This document shows positions 32,922 through 41,132 of a stretch of 47,325 nt of DNA, piece by piece. A program made the position numbers and the translations under genes. The stretch is taken from contig JACQUR010000063.1 of the NCBI GenBank assembly GCA_016210245.1, positions 1-47,325 on the forward strand. Direction: 5' to 3'. The notes under the pieces are model-generated. The model was not told where the DNA came from. It worked only from the letters and a program-made list of their open reading frames with translations, and ran no database searches. The stretch comes from Chloroflexota bacterium (GTDB lineage Bacteria > Chloroflexota > UBA6077 > JACQUR01). Every line of letters begins with the position of its first letter. Positions within the stretch are counted from its first letter, which is position 1.

Positions 32922-34573
32922 ATGCTCTTGAAAAGGTTCTGTCCGTACCTGAACGCGCTGGTCGCCTACAAGAGCCGCTGCTACTTCATGGCCTGCGGTA
33001 AGGTGGGCGAGCGTTACGGCATCGACAGTTGGGCGACGGGGGTGGCCAACGTCCGCGGCGCGGAGGGTACCTGGCGCGACGCCGTGGACGGGGCGCTGGG
33101 GCGCAACCCCATCGCCCACGGCTCGGTGGACGGGACCATTGCCCTGCACGTGGACGTGCCGCCGGGTGGCACGGAGGTGGTCCACCACTGGCTGTGCGCC
33201 GCAGTTGGCTACTTCGAGGCCGAGGCGCTGGAGAAGCTGGTGCGGGAGCGGGGGCCGGAGCCGCTCGAGCAGCGGAGCCGTGACTACTGGCGCCTGTGGG
33301 CCAACCAGGAGGCGCGCGACTTCGGCGGGCTGTCCGACGAGCTGGTCGAGCTGTACAAGCGCAGCCTGCTCGTTATCCGCACTCAGATCGACAACCGCGG
33401 CGCGATCATCGCCGCCAACGACTCAGATATCACCGAGTACGCGCGCGACACCTACAGCTACATGTGGCCGCGCGATGGCGCCCTGGTGGCCATGGCGCTG
33501 GACCGCGCCGGCTACCACGAGGTCGCCCAGCGCTTCTTCACCTTCTGCCAGCAGATCGTCTCCCCGGAGGGCTTCTTCTTCCACAAGTACACTCCCTTCG
33601 GGGCGCTGGGCTCGAGCTGGCACCCCTGGATCGACGTCCAGGGGCGGCCCCAACTGCCGATTCAGGAGGACGAGACCGCCCTGGTGCTGGTGGCGCTGTG
33701 GCACCACTTCCAGCACACCCGCGACGTGGAGGTGATTCGCCCCTTCTACCGACCATTGATCCGCGGCGGGGCGGACTTCCTGGTCGGCTTTCGCGACCCG
33801 CGCACCGGACTGCCCACCCCGTCCTGGGACCTGTGGGAGGAGCGGCGCGGCGTCCACGCCTGGACCGTGGGCGCAGTCTGGGGCGGCCTGCAGGCCGCGG
33901 CCGAGTTCACGCAGGTGTTCGGGGACACAGCGCTGAGCGAGCGCTACCGCGACGCGGCGGCGGAGATCAAGGCCGCGGCGCGGGCCTACCTGTATGACCC
34001 GGCGCAGGCCCGCTTCACCCGCACGCTGATCCTGCGCGACGAGGGCTTCGAGCGCGACACGACGCTGGATAGCAGCATCAGCGGGCTCTTCCTCTTCGGC
34101 ATGTTCGAGCCCCACGACCCGATGCTGGCGCGCACGATGGCCCAGTTGCGGGAGCGCCTGGGGGTGAAAACGGCCGTGGGGGGCGTGGCGCGCTACGAGG
34201 GCGACTCCTACCAGCAGGTGAGCCGCGACCTGGCCCAGGTGCCCGGCAATCCCTGGTTCATCTGCACCCTCTGGCTGGCCGACTACGACATCGCCACCGC
34301 CGAGCGCCTGGAGGACCTGGCCGGCCCGCTGGAGGTGCTGGAGTGGGTGCGCTGCCACGCGCTGCCCAGCGGCGTGCTGGCCGAGCAGGTACACCCCTAC
34401 AGCGGCGCGCCAGTATCGGTCTCGCCACTCACCTGGAGCCACGCCGCCTTCGTCAACACCATCCACCTCTACCTGGACAAGCGCCGCCTGCTGCTGCGCG
34501 CCCGCCTGCACCAGGGCCTCCAGAGCGACGACGCCCTGCTGGAGGCGCTGCGCAGCGTGGCGCCGGAGCGTCA

Positions 34574-34577
<4 letters not shown>
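32922..34577 (+). CDS. glycoside hydrolase family 15 (glucoamylase/glucodextranase-like), lacking ~150 N-terminal residues
   Basis: ...[17 protein letters not shown]..., ...[12 protein letters not shown]..., ...[10 protein letters not shown]..., ...DLWEERRG..., ...ARYEGDSY.... The first in-frame ATG (32922) falls inside what is normally the N-terminal beta-sandwich domain. Confidence 0.75.
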
Positions 34578-34700
<123 letters not shown>

Positions 34701-34783
34701 GTCCTCCGCCCCCCGGCCCCCATTCTGCTATCATGCCCCAGGACGCCGCGGCAGCGACCCAGTCAACTCGGGGGTGGGGATCG

Positions 34784-36004
34784 ATGACCATCAACTGGCA
34801 GCAGCTCTTTGCCGAGCGGACGGCCCGCATGCAGGCCTCCGACATTCGCGAGATCCTGAAGGTAATCGCCCAACCAGACATCATCTCCCTGGCCGGGGGC
34901 CTGCCGGCTCCGGAGCTGTTCCCGGTGGACCACTTCCGCCGGGCCTTCGAGTGGGTGTGGGAGACCAACGGCCAGGCCGCGCTGCAGTACAGCATCACCG
35001 AGGGCTACCCGCCGCTGCGCCAGTTCCTGGCCGCTCGCATGGCCCGCACCTTCGGCATCCGGACGACTGCCGAGGAGATCCTGATCACCAACGGCTCGCA
35101 GCAGGGCCTCGACCTGCTGGGCAAGATCTTTCTCGACCCGGGTGACAAGGTGGCGCTGGAGAGGCCGAGCTACCTGGGTGCTATCCAGGCCTTCGACCAG
35201 TACCAGGCAGAGTACGCCATCGTCCCCATGGACGAGGACGGCATGCAAACCGAAGCGCTGGAGGAGCTGTTGCAGCGCGAGACGAGGGTCAAGCTCATCT
35301 ACGCGGTGCCGAACTTCCAGAACCCGAGCGGTCGGACCATGAGTCTGGAGCGCCGCCAGCACCTGGTCCGTCTCTCGGCGAAGTTCGGGGTGCCCGTCGT
35401 GGAGGACGACCCCTACGGCGAGCTGCGGTATGAGGGCGAGCCCCTGCCCAGCCTGAAGTCGCTCGACACGGCCGGGAGCGTGATCTACCTGGGCACCTTC
35501 TCGAAGATCCTGGCCCCGGGCTTTCGCCTGGGCTGGGTGGTCGCCTCCGGCGCGGCCTACGAGCAGTTAGTGCTGGCCAAGCAGCCGACCGACCTGCAGA
35601 CCGCCACCGCCTCCCAGATGGCCTTCTACGAGGTGTGCAAAGACGGCTTCGTCGACCAGCACGTGGAGCGGATCAAGGAAGTGTATGGCGAGCGGCGCCT
35701 GACCATGCTGCGCGCCATGCAGACCTACTTCCCCGAGGGCGTCCGCTGGAGCAATGCCCAGGGCGGCCTGTTCTTCTGGGTGATGCTGCCCGAGCACATC
35801 GACGCGCGCGAGCTGCTGGTGGACGCGATCAAGGAGAAGGTCGCCTTTGTGGCCGGCCAGGCCTTTCACGCGGACGGCAGCGGCAGGAACACCATGCGCC
35901 TGAACTTCTCGAACGCCACCCCCGAGAAGCTCGAGGAGGCGATCAAGCGCCTGGGCCGGACGATCGAGCGGCGGGTGGGCGTCACGAACGTGGTGAGGGG
36001 CTGA
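34784..36004 (+). CDS. PLP-dependent aminotransferase, class I/II (2-aminoadipate/aromatic aminotransferase-like)
   Basis: ...ASDIREILK..., ...[14 protein letters not shown]..., ...[11 protein letters not shown]..., ...[15 protein letters not shown]... (PLP lysine), ...RLNFS.... Confidence 0.85.
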
Positions 36005-36105
36005 CGACTCGCAAGTTGGCGAAGCCGGTTTTCACTGGTGTGCCTCCTTCTCCAAGCTGGAGTCGTCCGAGTACTCGATCGGTCATGGATTGCACCTCTC
36101 CTCTC

Positions 36106-36588
36106 TCAATTCAGTCCGCTCAGGTCCAGGGTGTCCAGGAAGGCAACCAGCGGGCCGCCCAGCGACTCCGCCTCGGCTCTGGCCGGCGGGAACAGGGCGC
36201 CGTCTGCCAGCAAGGGCAGTTTGAGACACACCGCGAGCGCCAGCGCTTGCCCGGGCTCGGTGGGCACCTCGATCGAGCCGCTCGCTATTTCGATCGCGAG
36301 CGACGCGCGCAGCAGGCCCGCCCCGTGCGCCGCCAGATGCACGGCCGCGAGGCGGCCGCCGAGCGCCTCGGCGATGCGGCTGGCCAGGCGCAGGGCCTGG
36401 CTTCGGCTCGTCTCCTGGTCGCGCAGCTCGTGCAGCAGCGCATGGCCGTCGCTGGCGCAGAGGCACAGGCACAAGACCCCGCCATCCGAGGAGGAGCCGC
36501 GTCGGACCACGTGCGCCATCGCCTGCCGCGGGTCGCCGACGCACATGCGGACGCCGCGCACCTCCACCTCTGACCAGCCCGGGCGCAT
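36106..36588 (-). CDS. bifunctional nuclease (BFN/DUF151)-like protein
   Basis: 160 aa. ...EVEVRGVRM...VLCLCLCASDGHALLHEL... and ...LRASLAIEIASGSIEVPTEPGQALALAVCLKLPLLAD... follow the DUF151 pattern loosely. Confidence 0.45.
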   Translation of the reverse strand: MRPGWSEVEVRGVRMCVGDPRQAMAHVVRRGSSSDGGVLCLCLCASDGHALLHELRDQETSRSQALRLASRIAEALGGRLAAVHLAAHGAGLLRASLAIEIASGSIEVPTEPGQALALAVCLKLPLLADGALFPPARAEAESLGGPLVAFLDTLDLSGLN

Positions 36589-36746
36589 TACTCAACCTCC
36601 CAGGAAACGGAGGTGGCCCGGCGGAGGACGGCAAGCCGCCTCTGAAGCCCACGGGCGATGGCGGCCAGGCGCGCCGCAACGGCGGCTGCCGGCGTGTCCC
36701 GGACGGAGCGCAATGGGAGCTGGAGCATGCCTTGAGCGCGATACAT
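36588..36746 (-). CDS. 52-aa hypothetical protein translationally coupled to the BFN-like gene
   Basis: GAGGGAGG RBS, then ATG at 36746. MYRAQGMLQLPLRSVRDTPAAAVAARLAAIARGLQRRLAVLRRATSVSWEVE. TAATG overlap with the next start. Confidence 0.4.
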   Translation of the reverse strand: MYRAQGMLQLPLRSVRDTPAAAVAARLAAIARGLQRRLAVLRRATSVSWEVE

Positions 36747-36785
36747 GAGAACCTCCCTCGGCTCGGGAGAGCCGGTCCAGATGAG

Positions 36786-36819
36786 TAACGGCTAACGTTA
36801 CAAGTTAGCATATACTAAC
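36786..36819. promoter_or_regulatory. AT-rich cluster of overlapping inverted repeats (GTAAC/GTTAC, GCTAAC/GTTAGC, GTTAG/CTAAC)
   Basis: gtaacGGCTAACgttacaaGTTAGCatataCTAAC lies 40-75 nt upstream of the 36746 start. A possible TGTACA-N16-TAGTAT promoter is on the minus strand. Confidence 0.35.
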
Positions 36820-36913
36820 CCATCGGACTGCCGTGTACACCCGCCACATGGACGGTTTTTCGCAGAGTGCGCTCTGGTGCTCTGCGACTGGTGATTCGCA
36901 GGGTACGCTGGTT

Positions 36914-36973
36914 GTCCGAGCCGCGACCGTGAGGGAGCGCGGACCTCCGCTCCCTCACGGTCGCGGCTCGGAC
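36914..36973. repeat. REP palindrome, 26-bp arms, same family as 20369-20430
   Basis: GTCCGAGCCGCGACCGTGAGGGAGCG - cggacctc - CGCTCCCTCACGGTCGCGGCTCGGAC. Confidence 0.9.
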
Positions 36974-37535
36974 AGAATCCTTCGCGGCTCGGCGTCTCCG
37001 CGCTGAGTCGTTGAGTGGTGGCGCTCGCGATAGCCGATCAGCCGCGCGGCGTTCAGCACCACTGCTACGGTGCTCGCGTTGTGGACGATGGCGCCCACCA
37101 GGGGCGACATGAGGCCGACGGCACTGAGGGTGATGCCCAGGACATCGACGCCGATGGCGGCGGCGCGGCGCTCAGCAGCGCCCCGCCGGCCAGCAAGCGA
37201 CCTGCGAACAGGCCGCCCAGGACGACGCCGCTCACCGTGAGGCGGAGGAACTGTCCGACCAGGCCAGGCTCCTCAGGGCCGGTCCGCCGCGCGGGCAGTT
37301 GGGTCGTCGGTTGAGCGCTAGCAACCGCGCGGGCGATCGCCTCCACGCCGATCGCCCGCGGGTCGAACTCCACCAGCACGCGACCGCTGGCCGGGTTCGC
37401 CTGCACCCGGCGCACCCCGCGCAGGGCCGCCACGGCCAACTCGATGCCCCGGGCGCGCTCGGCGCTGGCCCACAGCCCCGCTACTTTGAGCCGCGCTCGG
37501 CCGGGTAGGGCGGCGACCACTACCACCTGGCGCAT
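36955..37535 (-). pseudogene. P-type ATPase reduced to its N-terminal HMA-like domain plus its last TM/C-terminus (large internal deletion and frameshift)
   Basis: N-part: MRQVVVVAALPGRARLKVAGLWASAERARGIELAVAALRGVRRVQANPASGRVLVEFDP.... C-part in another frame: ...IGVDVLGITLSAVGLMSPLVGAIVHNASTVAVVLNAARL.... Everything between is missing. Confidence 0.65.
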
Positions 37536-37560
37536 GCTTCCCTCCCTGGCCTCGCTGCCT

Positions 37561-37733
37561 CACGGTCGCGGCTCAGCCAGCGGTGGCACAGGCGAGCTGC
37601 CTGTGCCACCGGACGGTCGCGGCTCAGCCAGCGGCAGCACAGGCGAGCTGCCTGTGCCACCGGACGGTCCTCCTGGTGGCACAGGCGGCTCGCCTGTGCC
37701 GCGACCTCCGCTCCCCCACGGTCGCGGCTCGGA
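37561..37733. repeat. composite repeat block: two ~52-bp tandem units, each carrying GGTGGCACAGGC-gagct-GCCTGTGCCACC, plus a third variant and a REP half-site
   Basis: Units at 37561-37613 and 37614-37664, with a variant at 37665-37733 ending in CCACGGTCGCGGCTCGGAT. Confidence 0.9.
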
Positions 37734-37785
37734 TTACACCCATCCCTCAGATGACGATCGACAGACCGCTGTGGAGGAAAGGTAC

Positions 37786-38022
37786 TCAGCCGCCCGGGGG
37801 CCGCCGCAGCCAGCGCCACAGGCCGACGATGGCCCGCGCCGCCAGCGCCGCCCCGACGGCCACGGCGAAGATGCGCGCCAGGGAGGCGGTCCGCTCGACC
37901 GGACGGCCCCACTGCTCCCAGGGGATCGTGGCCTCCTCGCCGCCCTGGTACCCCCGCGCTCGCGCGCTCATCGCGGCCGCCTCGTCGCCCATGCGGTCCT
38001 GGGCGCGCTCAGCTCCGGACAT
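37786..38022 (-). CDS. small hypothetical protein with a C-terminal TM
   Basis: 78 aa. GGGAGG about 11 nt upstream of the ATG. ...IFAVAVGAALAARAIVGLW... is a TM segment. Confidence 0.35.
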   Translation of the reverse strand: MSGAERAQDRMGDEAAAMSARARGYQGGEEATIPWEQWGRPVERTASLARIFAVAVGAALAARAIVGLWRWLRRPPGG

Positions 38023-38107
38023 GGTTCAGATGCCTCCCGGTGAGATCTCGCCCTGCTCGGCGCCACGCCCCGACAGGTGGACGGTTTCTCGAACGAAGGG
38101 CGCCGCC

Positions 38108-38323
38108 TCAGCCCTGGTGCGAGGCCACCAGGCCGTGTTCGTGGGCGTAGACGGCCAGTTGCACGCGCTCGCTCAGCCCGAGCTTCTGGAGGATCTGGCT
38201 GACGTGCCACTTGGCCGTCGTACGGCTGACGCCCAGGACGCGGGCAATCTCGGCATTGGTATGGCCCTGGGCGACGAGGGCCGCCACCTCGCGCTCGCGC
38301 GGCGTCAGTGCGGCGAGCGACAT
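38108..38323 (-). CDS. stand-alone LuxR/GerE-type HTH regulator
   Basis: MSLAALTPREREVAALVAQGHTNAEIARVLGVSRTTAKWHVSQILQKLGL.... The ATG at 38323 lies 4 nt after the fbpC-like stop; the ORF extends to 38359. Confidence 0.75.
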   Translation of the reverse strand: MSLAALTPREREVAALVAQGHTNAEIARVLGVSRTTAKWHVSQILQKLGLSERVQLAVYAHEHGLVASHQG

Positions 38324-38327
38324 CGTT

Positions 38328-39413
38328 TCACTCGCCCCGCTCATCGGGCGCGGCACCACCGCGCGCGGCCGGAAAGACCACCGCCTCGCCCTGGACCTCC
38401 ACCCGCACTCGCTGTCCGAGGCGCAGGGCGCTCTGGTGGCGGCGTCGCCCGACCAGCGAGCGCAGGGTGGCGCCCGAGTCGAGCTGGAGGGTGAACATCT
38501 GCTCGTGGCCGTAGAACTCGCGGGCTACCACCCGGCCATTGCCACTCTCGTCGGCGATCGGCAGGATCATTTCGGGGCGGAGCATCAGGTCGACCGCGCC
38601 CTCGGGCGCCTCGGGCGCGGCGACCGTGCCCAGCTCGCACACGACGGCTTCCCCGTGCGCCCTGCCTGGCAGGAAGTTGGCGTCGCCCACGAAGGCAGCC
38701 ACCTCCCGGGTGGCCGGGCGGCGATACAGCTCCTCCGGGCTGGCGAGCTGGACGACGCGGCCGGCCCAGAGCACCGCCACCTCGTCGGCCAGGCTGAGCG
38801 CCTCCTCCTGGTCGTGGGTCACGAAGATGGCGGTCGCTCCGGCCGCGCGGAGGATGTCGCGCACCTCGGCCCGCACGCGGGCGCGCAGGTCGGCGTCCAG
38901 GTTGCTGAACGGCTCGTCCAGCAGCACCACGGCTGGATTGGGCGCCAGCGCCCGGGCCAGGGCCACCCGCTGCTGCTGCCCCCCGGAAAGCTGGTGCGGA
39001 TAGCGGCGCTCGAAGCCGGCCAGTCCCACCAGCCCGAGCAGTTCCTGCACGCGGGCTCTGCGCGCGCCGTCGCGCCCGTTCAGGTGGTGGAGGCCAAAGC
39101 CCACGTTCTCGGCTACGGTCAGGTGAGGGAAGAGGGCGTAGTCCTGGAAGACCATGCCCACGCCCCGACGCTCGGGCGGCACGTACACGTCCTGGCCGGC
39201 CACCGGGCGCCCGGCCACCCGGATCTCGCCCGCCTCGGGCTGCTCGAAGCCAGCGATCAGGCGCAGCACAGTGGTTTTGCCGCTGCCGGACGGGCCGAGC
39301 AGCACCACGATGTTGCCAGCCGCGACCTGGAGCTGCAGACGGTCGACGGCCAGGACGCCGCTGGCGAAGCGCCTGGTGACGCCCCGGAGGTCGATGACTG
39401 GGCCAGGCGCCAT
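38328..39413 (-). CDS. ABC transporter ATP-binding protein (Fe3+/polyamine importer type)
   Basis: Walker A GPSGSGKTT, Q-loop, signature LSGGQQQRVALARAL, Walker B VVLLDEP, and a C-terminal TOBE-like domain. Confidence 0.9.
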   Translation of the reverse strand: MAPGPVIDLRGVTRRFASGVLAVDRLQLQVAAGNIVVLLGPSGSGKTTVLRLIAGFEQPEAGEIRVAGRPVAGQDVYVPPERRGVGMVFQDYALFPHLTVAENVGFGLHHLNGRDGARRARVQELLGLVGLAGFERRYPHQLSGGQQQRVALARALAPNPAVVLLDEPFSNLDADLRARVRAEVRDILRAAGATAIFVTHDQEEALSLADEVAVLWAGRVVQLASPEELYRRPATREVAAFVGDANFLPGRAHGEAVVCELGTVAAPEAPEGAVDLMLRPEMILPIADESGNGRVVAREFYGHEQMFTLQLDSGATLRSLVGRRRHQSALRLGQRVRVEVQGEAVVFPAARGGAAPDERGE

Positions 39414-39414
39414 G

Positions 39415-41061
39415 TCAGCCCAAGGCTACCGGACTGGAGCGCGGGCGTACCAGCAGCACGGCCAGCCAGCCCAGCCCCACCAGGGCGATCAACAGCAATG
39501 CCACCACCGAGGCCCGCGGGTCGACCCCGACGTCCATGGTATGCACCCAGATGCGCACCGGCAGAGTATCGAAGCCGGGCGGACGCAGCACCAGGGTGGC
39601 GGCCAACTCGCGTATCGAGAGGATGAAGGCCATCAGCCAGGCGCCGGCCAGGCCGGGCGAGGCCAGCGGGAGCACCACCTCGCGGGCGGCACCCAGCGGA
39701 GTCCGGCCCAGCACCCGCGCGGCCTCCTCCATCGCGGGGGCGATCTGGCTCAGGGCCGCCTGGGCCGCCTGGTGGGCCGGCCCGGCAAACAGCACCAGGT
39801 AGGCCACGGCCAGCAGGGCCGCGGTGCCGTAGAGACCGGGCAGGAGCGCGAGCGAGAGGCCCACCAGGCTCAAGCCAAGCACCGTGCCGGGGATAGCATA
39901 GCCCGCCTGCAAAATGGCCCCGGGCAAGCCGCCGCGGCCCTTCCACTGCCCCCAGGCGGTGACCAGCGCCAGCCCCAGGGCCAGCCAGGCGCCCGTAGCG
40001 GCCACCGCGAGCGAGTTGCGCACGAAGGGCCACTGCTCGGCCAGGAAGCCAGCCGCCACCAGCGGGCCGAGCTTGGATGCCTGGGTGGCGAGGACGGCCA
40101 GCGGGAGCGCCAGGGTGAGTGCGACCGCGCCCAGCAGGTAGGCGAGGGCGGCGAGCTTCCAGCGGCCCAACGGCTGGCGCCGCGATCCCAGGCCGACGGA
40201 AGAGCGCTGGCTGCCCACCTGGGTGTAGCGCGCTCCGCCCAGGCCCCAGCGCTGCACCAGCAGCAGCAGCAGCCCCACCATCACCAGCAGGGCCAGCGAC
40301 GAGCCGGCCGAGTCGGGCAGGCTCAGGCCGGCTAGCAGTTGGTTGTAGATGACCGTGGTGAAGGTGCGCACCCGGAGCAGGGAGACGACCCCGAAGTCGA
40401 CCCAGGCGTAGAGGAACACCAGGAACCCGCCGGCCAGCAGGGCCGGGCGGAGCAGTGGCAGGGTGACCCGCCAGAAGACGCCGGCAGGGGAGAGGCCCAG
40501 GCTGCGCGCGCTCTCCTCCAGGGCCGGACTCGAGCGCTCCAGCGCGCTCTGGACGGTGATGAACACGTAGGGCGCACTGAAGACGCCCAGCACGAAGGCT
40601 GCGCCAGCGGGGCTGTACAGCAGCGGCGGAAAGAGCACCTGGCTTGTGGACAGCCCGACCAGCCTGGCCAGTCCCTCGTGTACCAGGCCGGTCGGCGCCA
40701 GCAGCGCCGCATAGGCGATGGCGCCCACGTAGGGCGGCACGGCCAGGGGCAGCGGACCGAGCGCCTGGAAGAGGCGTCGGCCGGGCACGTCGGTGCGGGT
40801 CACCAGCCAGGCCCACGGCACGGCCAGGGCGAACGCCAGCAGGGTGGCGCCGCCGGCCAGCAGCGCCATGCGCAGCACCAGGGTTGGCAGCTCCATACGA
40901 GCCAGCGTCAGGGCCAGGTCTGGCAGCCGGGCCTGCAGCGCCAGCCAGACCAGGTACCCCAGCGGCAGCAGCATGGGCAAGGCCAGCACCGCGGCCGGGT
41001 CCGGCAGACGGCCGCGGTGGACGCTGCGGGTCAGTAGGCGGTAGTGGAGCGCGAGCGCCAT
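39415..41061 (-). CDS. iron(III) ABC transporter permease, duplicated (two-domain) type
   Basis: About 548 aa with two BPD-transporter halves (...EESARSLGLSP... and ...MEEAARVLGRTP...). ATG 41061 is preferred because the longer ORF runs through the repeat hairpin. Confidence 0.85.
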   Translation of the reverse strand: MALALHYRLLTRSVHRGRLPDPAAVLALPMLLPLGYLVWLALQARLPDLALTLARMELPTLVLRMALLAGGATLLAFALAVPWAWLVTRTDVPGRRLFQALGPLPLAVPPYVGAIAYAALLAPTGLVHEGLARLVGLSTSQVLFPPLLYSPAGAAFVLGVFSAPYVFITVQSALERSSPALEESARSLGLSPAGVFWRVTLPLLRPALLAGGFLVFLYAWVDFGVVSLLRVRTFTTVIYNQLLAGLSLPDSAGSSLALLVMVGLLLLLVQRWGLGGARYTQVGSQRSSVGLGSRRQPLGRWKLAALAYLLGAVALTLALPLAVLATQASKLGPLVAAGFLAEQWPFVRNSLAVAATGAWLALGLALVTAWGQWKGRGGLPGAILQAGYAIPGTVLGLSLVGLSLALLPGLYGTAALLAVAYLVLFAGPAHQAAQAALSQIAPAMEEAARVLGRTPLGAAREVVLPLASPGLAGAWLMAFILSIRELAATLVLRPPGFDTLPVRIWVHTMDVGVDPRASVVALLLIALVGLGWLAVLLVRPRSSPVALG

Positions 41062-41066
41062 CGCTC

Positions 41067-41132
41067 GTTGGAGGTTGGAGGTTGAAGGTTGGAGAGAGCT
41101 CTCCAACCTTCAACCTCCAACCTCCAACCTCC
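41067..41132. repeat. heptamer-repeat hairpin: (GTTGRAG)x4 - GAGC loop - (CTYCAAC)x4+
   Basis: 29 consecutive Watson-Crick pairs (41067-41095 with 41100-41128). The variant unit GTTGAAG is mirrored by CTTCAAC. It lies between the fbpA-like stop (41132-41134) and the fbpB-like start (41061). Confidence 0.95.

Noticed and set aside
36004-36106. A small ORF or terminator between the convergent aminotransferase and BFN-like genes.
   Set aside because: I saw no convincing hairpin plus U-tract. The minus-strand ATG at ~36088 opens a frame that immediately runs antisense into the aminotransferase gene.
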